Source: an uncultured virus (IMG/VR IMGVR_UViG_3300032227_001252)
Lineage: Duplodnaviria; Heunggongvirae; Uroviricota; Caudoviricetes
Virus record (IMG/VR): IMGVR_UViG_3300032227_001252
Direction: 5' to 3' (one strand)
Length of the DNA stretch: 51,965 bases
The notes below the pieces were generated by a model, which saw nothing but the letters and a program-made list of their open reading frames with translations, was not told the origin of the DNA and searched no databases. Position 1 is the stretch's first letter. Each line of letters starts with the position of its first letter. The position numbers and the translations under genes were made by a program. Positions 37,733-46,702 of the stretch are shown here, piece by piece.

Positions 37733-38422
37733 ATGGAAATCACGAACTACACCCGCTACAACACGGACGACCTCAAGGCGCTGATCGCCGACATCGAGGC
37801 CTGGCCGGAGTTCACCCGCTGGCGGACGTCCACGCCGTTCGTCTTCAGCGAGTTCAACCCGAAGAACCCCTACGTCTCCAACCGGCGGCGCTGGGGCACG
37901 GCGCATGAGACGAAGCAGCGCCGCTACACGTCGAAGCTCATCTGGGCCCGCATGTCCCAGATGTCGATCTTGACGCCGAGCAAGATCTACGACAACCCCC
38001 TGGCGGCGCTCTCGCTCGAAGGCGATCAAGTAGTTCCCCGAGAGATGCTCGAGGCAGTCTTCGCGGCCATCTCTGAGCGCGCTGACTTCTCCTCCTACAA
38101 GGTGCATCAGCACGTCAGGCCGTCCGCTGGGCTGACCCTGCGGGTGATGGACAAGCCGGCTGAGCGGAAGCCGAAGAGCACGAAGCAGGCCGAGGACACG
38201 CGCAAGGAGTACGCCGAGCGTCACCTCCGAATGGCTCAGTGGGAGGCCGCGCACGCCGCCAACGGTCTCAGCAGGAAGGCTGTGAAGCATGTCAACACCG
38301 CGGGGACGCACATGAAGGCGAAGAAGAGCCTTCTGGCTCCTCTCTACGAAGCGGTGAACGAGGCTGTCTCTGCGCTCCGCCGCGTAGAGGCCGTGTCCAA
38401 GAAGATCCAGAGCGGCCTGTAA
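37733..38422 (+). CDS. NxTRYNTED paralogue family member 6
   Basis: TNYTRYNTDDLKALI; ILTPSKIYDNPLAALS. Confidence 0.8.
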   Translation: MEITNYTRYNTDDLKALIADIEAWPEFTRWRTSTPFVFSEFNPKNPYVSNRRRWGTAHETKQRRYTSKLIWARMSQMSILTPSKIYDNPLAALSLEGDQVVPREMLEAVFAAISERADFSSYKVHQHVRPSAGLTLRVMDKPAERKPKSTKQAEDTRKEYAERHLRMAQWEAAHAANGLSRKAVKHVNTAGTHMKAKKSLLAPLYEAVNEAVSALRRVEAVSKKIQSGL

Positions 38423-38436
38423 GAGGAGAAGAAGTG

Positions 38437-38685
38437 ATGCTCATGCTCGCAAAGGAGTGCGGGAACTGCGGAGGCTACGAGGAGCGTACGTTCCGTGATT
38501 CCCACACCGGCAAGGATCTGTGCCTGATGTGCCTGGCTCCCATCGCCAAGCAGATCACCATGAGCCCGTCCATGGACGGGGACAACCTCAAGCAACTGCT
38601 CGCAGAGCATGGAGATGGGTACATCAAGAACGACAACGACGACATCGCCGCCCCCGTCCGCGGCTACAACGACCCCAACCGATAG
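38437..38685 (+). CDS. small Zn-finger protein
   Basis: CGNC...CLMC; GAGGAG RBS. Confidence 0.65.
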   Translation: MLMLAKECGNCGGYEERTFRDSHTGKDLCLMCLAPIAKQITMSPSMDGDNLKQLLAEHGDGYIKNDNDDIAAPVRGYNDPNR

Positions 38686-38702
38686 ACACAAGGAAGAAAT
38701 AC

Positions 38703-41141
38703 ATGTCCAGCAACATCAAGTTCGCGCTCTACGACTTCAACGGCAGCCCCAAGGAGTTCTACTTCGTCGACGAGGTCGAGGTTCCCAAGCCCGTCCTCGA
38801 GCCCACGATGTCGCACCACATCGTGGTGGTCGACCGTTCCGGCTCCATGTGGGGTGTCATGAAGGACACCCGCGCCATGGTGGAGAAGGTCATGGTGGCG
38901 GAGGAGTTCACCAACTCCGAGCTCATGCTCACGCTCATCTCCTACTCCTCCAAGGGTGACTTCACGACTCACTTCTCCCGCAAGAAGGTGAGCGAGGTTC
39001 TCGACCCGAACAACGGCTTCGTTGACCAGATCCGCGGGATCCAGGCTACCTGCCTGACCTCCGTCAGTGGCGCTCTGGACGAGGCCCTCAAGCACGTGCA
39101 GGCCGGCGAGACGACTGCGGTGAGCATCCACACGGACGGCTACTTCAACGACGCGTCGCCGGGCGCGGAGGCGAAGCTGGTCGACAAGTGGATCAAGACT
39201 GTCCAGAAGGACTTCCCGAACGTGTACGCGAACACGATCGCCTACGGCTCGTACACTGACTTCAAGATGCTCGACCGCATCTCTCAGTCGCTCTCGGGCA
39301 AGACGGTCGTCGCCAAGAACGTCAAGGAGGTCTACAACGCCCTCCACGACACTACGGCGGTGCTCGCGGGCCGCGTGATGCCGGCCATTCACGTTCCGAA
39401 GGACGACAGCGACTTCCTGGCCGTGCACAACGTCACGCAGCGCAAGGTCAACGGCAGCACCGTCGACTTCGCGGTCAAGGGCGTCGGCGCGGAGGATGTC
39501 ACGAAGCTCTACCGCTTCAAGAAGGTCACGCAGGAGCGCTGGGACAAGGAGTCGAAGCGGATCGAGCCGATCGGCGTCGATGCAACGCCGGTTTACGTCT
39601 TCGCTCGTAGCCTTCTGGCTGCAGGTCGTCTGAACGACGCGAAGTTCGCGCTGGTTGGGACGGGTGACCAGACCCTCCTCAAGAAGCACTACAAGGACAT
39701 CACCTCGGAGGCGCTCGCGGGCTTCGCGGATGCTCTGGACAACCGCATCTCGGGAGACTTCACCGAGATCACGGTCACGCAGTCGAAGGGCCTGAGCAGC
39801 AAGGCTGGATCTGTCGCAGAGCTCTGTCAGGTGCTCGAGAGTCACCGCAAGGACTTCACGCTGAACCTCGACGAGACCCTCAACGGGTACCGCCGCCGCA
39901 GCGTGAAGCGCCTGTCCGGGGAGTGGCTGGCGGACGGCTCGTTCCGCCCCGCGGACACCCGTCTGGTCGCGACGGACGACTCCAAGGCCGTCACGGTCAC
40001 CTCGTTCGACCTCTCGAACGCGAGCGCCACGATCAACATGCAGGTCACCCGCAAGGCCGACCTCTACCGCGGCGACGTGAAGGTCGTGGCGGTGGCCGGA
40101 AAGCAGCTCGACCTCAAGGAGATCCGCGCCTACACGGTCGTCGGAGACGGCGAGGTCAACCTGCAGCGTCTGGTGGTCAACATCTCGAGCAAGAAGCTGC
40201 ACGCGAAGCTCGTTGATGGCGGCTGGCTGACTGGCGACTTCGACCACAAGGCCGCGTACACGATCGACCTGTCCGAACTGGCGGCCTGCCCGTTCAGCCA
40301 GGGCATCGCGTTCCCGCCCTCGGACACGTTCGCTCACCTCACGATGCTCACGGTGAAGCGCGGCATCCTCTCCGCGTGCCTCGGCAGCAGCGCGAAGGCT
40401 GACGAGTGGACTGCAGAGCAGATCGAGGAGCTCAAGGCCCACGACCTGAGCGCCAGCCTGAACTACAACCCGAAGACGACCAACCCGTACAAGGATCTCA
40501 CGCAGGCCATCTCGGATGGTGACGTCGATTCCCGTACGAAGTTCAACGTCACGCTGGGCGACTCCCGCATGGTGAGCATCGGCGCTCTGTACTCGGCAAA
40601 CGAGTACCTGGCCCGCCGCTACAGCGTGAAGGGAAGCGACCCGGCGGAGTGTGACAAGGACGGCAACCTCAAGAAGCCCAAGCTCGCGGACATCGTGAAC
40701 GGCGCTTCGTTCAGCGTGAAGGCTCTCTCCGCCCGCACGAAGCTGAACGAGATCGACGCTCTGATGTTCCCGGTGTTCGAGGACTTCCTCGGGGCCAAGG
40801 GCCTGGACGGGATCAACGTCAAGGCTTCCCGCGACGAGATCGCCGACGCCCTGCGCACGACCGAGGACGAGATCGAGGCGCTCTACGCCACGTCCCTCCG
40901 CCCCATGGCCATGTACGTCGGCGCGACGGGTTTGATCCCTGACGGCTGGGAGGTCGAGGCCATCGACGCAGAGGCGCTCGAGGCGAAGTTCCCGAGCATC
41001 GAGATCGAGAAGAAGCAGAAGGAAGGCCTCTTCCTGACCAAGGGCACGTCCGTGGTGGGTGTGTTCCCTGAAGTCGCCTACTACTCCACGCCCAAGGGTG
41101 TGGACGCAGCGAAGGCGATTCAGTCGAACGCAGACGAGTAG
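38703..41141 (+). CDS. large VWA-domain protein (~812 aa)
   Basis: MIDAS VVDRSGSM, HTDGY, TIAYG; ATG at 38703. Confidence 0.85.
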   Translation: MSSNIKFALYDFNGSPKEFYFVDEVEVPKPVLEPTMSHHIVVVDRSGSMWGVMKDTRAMVEKVMVAEEFTNSELMLTLISYSSKGDFTTHFSRKKVSEVLDPNNGFVDQIRGIQATCLTSVSGALDEALKHVQAGETTAVSIHTDGYFNDASPGAEAKLVDKWIKTVQKDFPNVYANTIAYGSYTDFKMLDRISQSLSGKTVVAKNVKEVYNALHDTTAVLAGRVMPAIHVPKDDSDFLAVHNVTQRKVNGSTVDFAVKGVGAEDVTKLYRFKKVTQERWDKESKRIEPIGVDATPVYVFARSLLAAGRLNDAKFALVGTGDQTLLKKHYKDITSEALAGFADALDNRISGDFTEITVTQSKGLSSKAGSVAELCQVLESHRKDFTLNLDETLNGYRRRSVKRLSGEWLADGSFRPADTRLVATDDSKAVTVTSFDLSNASATINMQVTRKADLYRGDVKVVAVAGKQLDLKEIRAYTVVGDGEVNLQRLVVNISSKKLHAKLVDGGWLTGDFDHKAAYTIDLSELAACPFSQGIAFPPSDTFAHLTMLTVKRGILSACLGSSAKADEWTAEQIEELKAHDLSASLNYNPKTTNPYKDLTQAISDGDVDSRTKFNVTLGDSRMVSIGALYSANEYLARRYSVKGSDPAECDKDGNLKKPKLADIVNGASFSVKALSARTKLNEIDALMFPVFEDFLGAKGLDGINVKASRDEIADALRTTEDEIEALYATSLRPMAMYVGATGLIPDGWEVEAIDAEALEAKFPSIEIEKKQKEGLFLTKGTSVVGVFPEVAYYSTPKGVDAAKAIQSNADE

Positions 41142-41173
41142 TCTGCGGCCCCGCGTCAGAGCCCGGGGTACAT

Positions 41174-41208
41174 GGAGTGAGGGGCGGCATGGGACGGCCC
41201 CTCATTCC
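41174..41208 (+). other. intergenic RNA hairpin
   Basis: GGAGTGAGGGGC...GCCCCTCATTCC. Confidence 0.55.
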
Positions 41209-41229
41209 TCTCACCACAAGGACATACAC

Positions 41230-41649
41230 ATGAGCAAGAACTACGAGACGACGGCAGAGCGCATCGACTACTGCCGCAACGAGATCGGACCCCCGAAGGC
41301 ACATCGACTTCCGCAGCAGGGAGACCTCGACCTCGAGTTCTCGGGCTGGAAGGTCGGTGACTCCGAAGAGGTCGTTCGCGATGACCGCTCGAGTGTGGGC
41401 GTCACCATGTACTTCACCACGAAGGGCTTCCTCGTGGCTCAGGTGACCCGCCACCTCCCGAGCAACCGCGGCCCACAGTATCCCCACGTCAAGAAGTCGA
41501 AGGCTCAGGCCTTCTCCTCTTGGAAGGAGATGCTGACGTGGCTGAAGGAAGATGGCCGGGGATGGCTCGGCGAGAACAGCAAGATCGCCTGGGAGGAGAC
41601 GTGCACGAAGCTCCCCTGGCTGCATGGGGAAGGCACGATCAGAGTCTGA
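41230..41649 (+). CDS. hypothetical protein
   Basis: AAGGA RBS; MSKNYETT... Confidence 0.75.
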   Translation: MSKNYETTAERIDYCRNEIGPPKAHRLPQQGDLDLEFSGWKVGDSEEVVRDDRSSVGVTMYFTTKGFLVAQVTRHLPSNRGPQYPHVKKSKAQAFSSWKEMLTWLKEDGRGWLGENSKIAWEETCTKLPWLHGEGTIRV

Positions 41650-41680
41650 CACGTCCGCATACGAACACGAAGAGGTCAAC

Positions 41681-42514
41681 ATGAGCAAGATCAAGTCACC
41701 GGTAGGGTTCATCGTCTACGAGGGCCCGTCGGTTTTGGATCCGTCCGTCAACATCGCAGTCATCGTCAACCGCGTCTTCGGGAACGCGACGAACGGCAAG
41801 ACCGGGGCCCTTGCCCAGTCGTTCATCATCCGCACGGACATGAAGCCGAACGAGGCCGTCAAAGCGGGTCAGGATCAGGCCATCTGCGGCCTGTGCCCGT
41901 ACGCTGCTGGGAAGGGCTGCTACGTCAGCATCAAGATGGTCTGCAGCGTCTACGCCGCCTACAAGCGCGGGAGCTACAAGACCGTCCCGGCTGAAACGGT
42001 GGGCCAGCTCTGCGCGTCTCTGGTCGAGATCGGAGTGTTGGACGGCTTCCGAGCCGGCTCCTACGGCGACCCTGCCGCAGCGCCGGCTGGCGTGTGGGCT
42101 GCGATGATCGAACCGGTGCGACTCGCTGGAGGTAAGACCTCCGGGTACACGCACCAGTGGACGGAGAAGTACGCCTACATGGGGCGGACTGCGGATCCCG
42201 CGTTCAGGAGCTTGCTCATGGCTTCGGCTCACGGCCCGGTGGATGCGTACCTGGCGAACGCCGAGGGCTGGCGCGCCTTCACGACCTACGGCTCTGCCGA
42301 GGAACTGGAGGCCGCCGGCCACGTCGCCATGTGCCCGGCCTCGAAGGAGGCGGGCTACCGCAAGACCTGTGCGACCTGCGGCGGGCAGACTGCCTGCAAC
42401 GGGCGCAAGTCCATGGATGACCGACGGGTCAACATCGGAATCGTGCTTCACGGGAATCAGAATGTGAAGGCGAAGGCGCTCGAGGCGAACCGCAAGGCTC
42501 AGGACGCTCCGTGA
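41681..42514 (+). CDS. Cys-rich conserved phage protein (possibly Fe-S/radical-SAM-like)
   Basis: YEGPS.LD, NGKTG, CGLCP...CYV, YGDPAA, GYTHQW, CPAS.EAG...CATC. Confidence 0.75.
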   Translation: MSKIKSPVGFIVYEGPSVLDPSVNIAVIVNRVFGNATNGKTGALAQSFIIRTDMKPNEAVKAGQDQAICGLCPYAAGKGCYVSIKMVCSVYAAYKRGSYKTVPAETVGQLCASLVEIGVLDGFRAGSYGDPAAAPAGVWAAMIEPVRLAGGKTSGYTHQWTEKYAYMGRTADPAFRSLLMASAHGPVDAYLANAEGWRAFTTYGSAEELEAAGHVAMCPASKEAGYRKTCATCGGQTACNGRKSMDDRRVNIGIVLHGNQNVKAKALEANRKAQDAP

Positions 42515-42693
42515 AGAAGAAGTGGAAGCCCTTCCGCCTCAAGCGAGTGCGGGGGGAGTCCAAGATCGCCTATGGGTCGTCTTGGGACTGGGATGCTCTT
42601 GAAGCAGCCGCGGGCTCATGGGACGCTGCGATGGCAGAAGGTACGGGTAGAGAGTTCGGCTTCCGGCTTGCGCGGGATGGGGTGCAGGATTGA
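42511..42693 (+). CDS. FGE/CLec C-terminal-segment mini-protein (1 unit)
   Basis: GSSW-x24-GFRLAR. Confidence 0.75.
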   Translation: MKKKWKPFRLKRVRGESKIAYGSSWDWDALEAAAGSWDAAMAEGTGREFGFRLARDGVQD

Positions 42694-42950
42694 AAACGGT
42701 CATCGGTCGAGGTCACCTTTTCCCCTTCCCGTCAGACGGGAGTGCGACGCTGCAAGCGGAGCCTAGTGCTGAACTGCCAGGGCTTGGCTTCCGAGTCGTC
42801 TGGGTGAGGGCATGGGTTCAAGAGCTGAGCCCGACGCACTTCACCGCGCAGTGCAACGATGCAGGCGTGCGTTGCGAGGATTACTTCTCGGACTTCCCTG
42901 CATCGACGAGAGCTACACACGGCTTCAGGCTCGCATGGGAGACGTCATGA
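42690..42950 (+). CDS. FGE/CLec mini-protein (2 units)
   Basis: LGFRVVW and HGFRLAW. Confidence 0.75.
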   Translation: MKTVIGRGHLFPFPSDGSATLQAEPSAELPGLGFRVVWVRAWVQELSPTHFTAQCNDAGVRCEDYFSDFPASTRATHGFRLAWETS

Positions 42951-43207
42951 ACACCTCAGGACGGCGAGAAAATCGGGGCAGCACCTACATGTCTCAAACT
43001 CCTGGTGCTGCGTTCACGGACGACGACCCGATCTGGGCCACCGGAGTGATGGGCTTCCGGCTGGCGCACGACGACGCGGGGCGTGTCATCCGCGATGGAT
43101 CGTGGCGCAACACGGGGAGGTACGTTCGGGACTCTCTCTACGTCATGGTTGACCCTGACTACTGCCCCTCAACGCTCGGATTCAGGCTGGCGCGGGAGGA
43201 CGAATGA
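42947..43207 (+). CDS. FGE/CLec mini-protein (2 units)
   Basis: ATGA overlap; MGFRLAH and RVIRDGSW-x24-GFRLAR. Confidence 0.8.
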   Translation: MNTSGRRENRGSTYMSQTPGAAFTDDDPIWATGVMGFRLAHDDAGRVIRDGSWRNTGRYVRDSLYVMVDPDYCPSTLGFRLAREDE

Positions 43208-43455
43208 TCCAAAAGACACGAGGCGGGAGCTTCGAGTACTGCAATCCCCCGGAGTCGGACACGACTGCAGCGTCGCCGTCCCTGATGACCGATCACACCG
43301 GGTTCAGGCTGGCGGTTGATGGCGAGCCGCAGACGACTTTCGGGAGTTCTTGGGGGACCGGTCGTGTAGTCGCCAGTGTGCCGGGCGTACTTGGGGCCAA
43401 CCCGATGTCATCCGCCGCTTTCATCAGCTTCAGGCTGACGAGAGAGGGAGCATGA
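43204..43455 (+). CDS. FGE/CLec mini-protein (2 units)
   Basis: RGGSF...GFRLA and GSSW-x24-SFRLT. Confidence 0.8.
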   Translation: MIQKTRGGSFEYCNPPESDTTAASPSLMTDHTGFRLAVDGEPQTTFGSSWGTGRVVASVPGVLGANPMSSAAFISFRLTREGA

Positions 43456-43706
43456 AGATGGCAAGAGGTTCAGCCTACCCGCTGGACTACAGCCCGAAGG
43501 GCGAGGCCGAGACGCTCGGTGCGGTTCCGAACTACGTCGGCGCTGCACTCGGGTTCAGGCTGGTGCACGACCCTGCTGACCGCGTCTCAAACGGTGGCAT
43601 CTGGTACTACGGCGCCGGGAACGCGAGAACAGTGAGTCACTACGGCAACCGCCCCGGCTTTTGCAGCAGCAGCCTCGGCTTCAGACTTGTGTGGGAGGAG
43701 ACGTGA
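43452..43706 (+). CDS. FGE/CLec mini-protein (2 units)
   Basis: ATGA overlap; LGFRLVH and RVSNGGIW-x24-GFRLVW. Confidence 0.8.
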   Translation: MKMARGSAYPLDYSPKGEAETLGAVPNYVGAALGFRLVHDPADRVSNGGIWYYGAGNARTVSHYGNRPGFCSSSLGFRLVWEET

Positions 43707-43969
43707 GTCAGATCTTCTATGGAAGCCACAACGGGTACTACTCTCCCGAGCCTCCGTCCAGCGGCTACGAACAGAAGCCGGGAATCGTAAGCGATAGCCT
43801 TGGCTTCAGGCTTGTGCACGAGGCCGGCCACTACGCCGGAATCGCCAATGGCAACCTCTGGTACTGTTCGGGGGAACTTGCGCAGTCCATGTATCGCCAG
43901 TTCCACCTGCCGGGAGGTCAAGCAGAGACGGTCGGCATCCGGCTCGTGTGGGCCAGGGAGGAAGAATGA
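43703..43969 (+). CDS. FGE/CLec mini-protein (2 units)
   Basis: GTGA overlap; LGFRLVH and GNLW-x24-GIRLVW. Confidence 0.8.
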   Translation: MSQIFYGSHNGYYSPEPPSSGYEQKPGIVSDSLGFRLVHEAGHYAGIANGNLWYCSGELAQSMYRQFHLPGGQAETVGIRLVWAREEE

Positions 43970-44220
43970 ACGAGCGAAAGGCAGTAGGCAATGGTGACTA
44001 TGAGGACGTGCCGGGCGCCCCGTACTCGACCTTCCCCATCAAGCCCCACATCGACGGCATCAGGTTGGGGTTCAGGCTGGCGTACGACGGGGACTGCAGA
44101 TTGTTCACGGGCTGCGTTCATGGCTGCCAGGAGCCCAGCCGCAGGCTCTCGACGTACCAAGAACGGGGCGACTGGAGAGCCTGGAGCGTTGGCTTCCGGC
44201 TCGTGTGGGATAAGGAGTAG
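43966..44220 (+). CDS. FGE/CLec mini-protein (2 units)
   Basis: ATGA overlap; LGFRLAY and VGFRLVW. Confidence 0.8.
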   Translation: MNERKAVGNGDYEDVPGAPYSTFPIKPHIDGIRLGFRLAYDGDCRLFTGCVHGCQEPSRRLSTYQERGDWRAWSVGFRLVWDKE

Positions 44221-44222
44221 CG

Positions 44223-44411
44223 ATGGCCGATTATGTGAAGAGCGTTCTGGGCAAGTGGGTGCAGACGTACCACTGGGATGAGGTGGTCATCGGCACAGAG
44301 TGGCGGCGGGAGCCCCGGGCGCTCCGCAGCCTGTGGCGCAACGGCTACATGGCCAACCAGAAAGGCCGCGACATCAGCATTCGGCTTGTCCGCGATGTGG
44401 AGGAGAAGTGA
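44223..44411 (+). CDS. FGE/CLec mini-protein (1 unit)
   Basis: GTEW-x24-SIRLVR; AAGGAG RBS. Confidence 0.75.
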   Translation: MADYVKSVLGKWVQTYHWDEVVIGTEWRREPRALRSLWRNGYMANQKGRDISIRLVRDVEEK

Positions 44412-44695
44412 GCGCCATCGTGGACACCAAGGGGCTTCGCGGCTCTGCGCACGGGTGGGCTGGGCACCCGACAATGATCAGCGATCGTCCCCGAGATGCG
44501 GCGCGGGCGGCAGACTGGCCGTCGTCCGTGGTTGGCTTTCGCGTCGTGTGCAGCGACCTGGATGAGAACTGCCGCGGTGGGATGTGGCACTACCCTAATC
44601 TTCCAGAGTTCCACGCCCATGCCCCGCGATACGGAGACGTGCCATGGTCACTCGATGACGGGTTGGGGTTTCGTCTCGCCAAGGACCCCGCATGA
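44408..44695 (+). CDS. FGE/CLec mini-protein (2 units)
   Basis: GTGA overlap; VGFRVV and RGGMW...LGFRLAK. Confidence 0.8.
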   Translation: MSAIVDTKGLRGSAHGWAGHPTMISDRPRDAARAADWPSSVVGFRVVCSDLDENCRGGMWHYPNLPEFHAHAPRYGDVPWSLDDGLGFRLAKDPA

Positions 44696-44961
44696 CCGAC
44701 GACGACTGCCGCAACGACTTCGGAAGCTCGTGGGAGTTGCCCTCCCGCCGCGTCCGCAGGGAGGAAAGTGCCTTCATCGAAATGGGCTCCAGCGGAGAAG
44801 AGCTGGGCTTCCGCCTCGCGCGCACAGACGACATCGAGGTGATCCGCGGCATTCCGTGGACAGGTCGGTCGGAGTTCATGCCCGAGGTCGGGCGTGTGAC
44901 CAGCAGACCGGACGATGGAATGATCCTGATCGGGTTCAGGGTCGTGTGGGGGACGCCATGA
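44692..44961 (+). CDS. FGE/CLec mini-protein (2 units)
   Basis: GSSW-x24-GFRLAR and IGFRVVW. Confidence 0.8.
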   Translation: MTDDDCRNDFGSSWELPSRRVRREESAFIEMGSSGEELGFRLARTDDIEVIRGIPWTGRSEFMPEVGRVTSRPDDGMILIGFRVVWGTP

Positions 44962-45170
44962 AGCAGATTAGAGGGTGGGAGTATTACAGCGTCTACGGCA
45001 TCTGCGTGTTCACGCAGACCGCTACAGACCGGTTTTTCCACCAGCACTTAGGTTTCAGGCTTGTGCGGGAGGCAGCATGCAGCGGAAGGATTGGGGGACT
45101 ACCTGGGAGCACCTCGGCTCTGAGGTGCGCCTGGACGTGGGAGGGGTCTCCTTCCGCCCCCAAACAGTGA
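44958..45170 (+). CDS. FGE/CLec mini-protein (1 unit, read-through tail)
   Basis: ATGA overlap; IRGW...LGFRLVRE. Confidence 0.65.
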   Translation: MKQIRGWEYYSVYGICVFTQTATDRFFHQHLGFRLVREAACSGRIGGLPGSTSALRCAWTWEGSPSAPKQ

Positions 45171-45373
45171 CGCATTTCCGGGGATTCCGGCTCACATACG
45201 AGCGGCCGCTGAACGAGCCTCCGTCAGTGACGAGGGGGAACATGAGCGGACTTGACCCGGCCGTGTGCTTCAGCGTGATGACAGAGAAGGATGACTACGA
45301 CTTCTACGTCGGTTTCCGACTGACGCAGGGTTCACACGAACACGTGAATGACGACGAGGAGAGTGAGAAATGA
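45077..45373 (+). CDS. FGE/CLec mini-protein (2 units)
   Basis: GGAGG RBS; GTTW...GFRLTY and VGFRLTQ. Confidence 0.75.
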   Translation: MQRKDWGTTWEHLGSEVRLDVGGVSFRPQTVTHFRGFRLTYERPLNEPPSVTRGNMSGLDPAVCFSVMTEKDDYDFYVGFRLTQGSHEHVNDDEESEK

Positions 45374-45660
45374 AGGTGTACGAAGTGTGGCACGCCGTGC
45401 CCGCGGACTTCTATGCAGTCCGTCCTGTCGAGAACTTCCCTCTGGGCTTCAACATGGTCGCGGCGGTCACAGCCGAGAACGTGGATGAGGTCTTCGACAT
45501 GACCAACCACATCCACAACCCCTGGATGGAGAACGAGGGCGTAGCGCCGAAGGTGCTCCGAGCCAGGTCTACTTCGGTAGGCGACGTAGTCGTGGACCGG
45601 AACGCGAAGGTGATGTACCGCTGCGAAGCATGTGGATGGTCCACGAAGGAGATGGCATGA
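45370..45660 (+). CDS. YodL-like domain protein
   Basis: VDEVF..TN...RSTSVGDVVV. Confidence 0.75.
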   Translation: MKVYEVWHAVPADFYAVRPVENFPLGFNMVAAVTAENVDEVFDMTNHIHNPWMENEGVAPKVLRARSTSVGDVVVDRNAKVMYRCEACGWSTKEMA

Positions 45661-45977
45661 GCGAGAAGAAGTCCCGGCACCCTGCATCAGACTTCATGAA
45701 GTGCGGAGAGGTCCGCCTGACGAAGCACGCCAAGATCAACACGGCGATGGTTCTCTACCTCACGCTCGAGGCTCTCAACGAGAGTGCTCCGAGGGGCTGT
45801 GACGGGATGCCGATGGACCTCACGGTCGCGCACGGAGGCAAGCCTGTCAGCGTTCCGCGCCTCCTGCGAGAGACGTTGGAACTCCTGAAGGCGCCTCTGC
45901 CTGCGGATCCTGAGCCGGAGTTCGAAGAGGGATGCTGTGGCTGTGGCAACCCCCACGAGCCGGACGCCTGGAACTGA
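45657..45977 (+). CDS. hypothetical protein
   Basis: ATGA overlap, AAGGAG RBS. Confidence 0.7.
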   Translation: MSEKKSRHPASDFMKCGEVRLTKHAKINTAMVLYLTLEALNESAPRGCDGMPMDLTVAHGGKPVSVPRLLRETLELLKAPLPADPEPEFEEGCCGCGNPHEPDAWN

Positions 45978-46330
45978 TGAGCCTGATGTTGAAGGGCCGC
46001 ATCGTCTACAAGCGGGCCCTGACGGGAGGCGTCTGGTCGAATTCTTGCATCCGATGGACATCCTTCTCACGAACTCGCGCCCCCGGCGACCCCGCAGCGG
46101 GTGCAGGCTTCCGTTTGGCACACGACCACTGCGCCGATCAGCGCATGGAGGACACATGTCGAAAGACCTCAAGCCCAACTTCGACCACAAGGTCGGGCGC
46201 ATCATCCTTGGCGGTAATTGGACCTACGCCGACTTCGTCGCACACCGCTCCACAAGCGCGATGTACTCGACCGCACATCGACACGAAGCGATTGCCATTC
46301 GCCTCGTTCGGGTGGTCGAGTGAAGAGTGA
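45977..46330 (+). CDS. FGE/CLec mini-protein (1 unit, read-through tail)
   Basis: TGATG overlap; RALTGGVW...AGFRLAHD. Confidence 0.6.
   Translation: MSLMLKGRIVYKRALTGGVWSNSCIRWTSFSRTRAPGDPAAGAGFRLAHDHCADQRMEDTCRKTSSPTSTTRSGASSLAVIGPTPTSSHTAPQARCTRPHIDTKRLPFASFGWSSEE
46156..46323 (+). CDS. FGE/CLec mini-protein (1 unit)
   Basis: GGAGG RBS; RIILGGNW-x24-AIRLVR. Confidence 0.75.
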   Translation: MSKDLKPNFDHKVGRIILGGNWTYADFVAHRSTSAMYSTAHRHEAIAIRLVRVVE

Positions 46331-46529
46331 GAACTGCATGGATCGAGCCAGACTGACACTGGATCGGGTGCCTGAGACTGACCGGGTTTCCAGCGGCGGC
46401 TTCTGGAGCAGCGTTCCGAAATCTGCCCGCGTGGCAGACCGCGTCGGCGATGACCCCGTCTACCGCAACGACATTCTCGGCTTCCGACTCGTGCGGGATC
46501 AGGAGTGTGAATGGAAGAAGTCAGACTGA
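46320..46529 (+). CDS. FGE/CLec mini-protein (1 unit, DGR VR-like)
   Basis: DRVSSGGFWSSVPKSARVADRVGDDPVYRNDILGFRLVRD. Confidence 0.8.
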   Translation: MKSENCMDRARLTLDRVPETDRVSSGGFWSSVPKSARVADRVGDDPVYRNDILGFRLVRDQECEWKKSD

Positions 46530-46702
46530 ACCCTGATCTGCGCGGGCAGGATCGACAGGTAAACCGAGGTACTACCTGGTTTAACGGGCCTCACGGCGCC
46601 CGTGCGGCGGGCCGCGACTTGGACGTCACGGCATTCCGCGGTGACAACCTGAGCATCCGGCTTGCCCGCAGCAACGTGGAGGGACCGTGCCGGAAGAACT
46701 GA
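46511..46702 (+). CDS. FGE/CLec mini-protein (1 unit, DGR VR-like)
   Basis: QVNRGTTWFNGPHGARAAGRDLDVTAFRGDNLSIRLAR. Confidence 0.8.
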   Translation: MEEVRLNPDLRGQDRQVNRGTTWFNGPHGARAAGRDLDVTAFRGDNLSIRLARSNVEGPCRKN

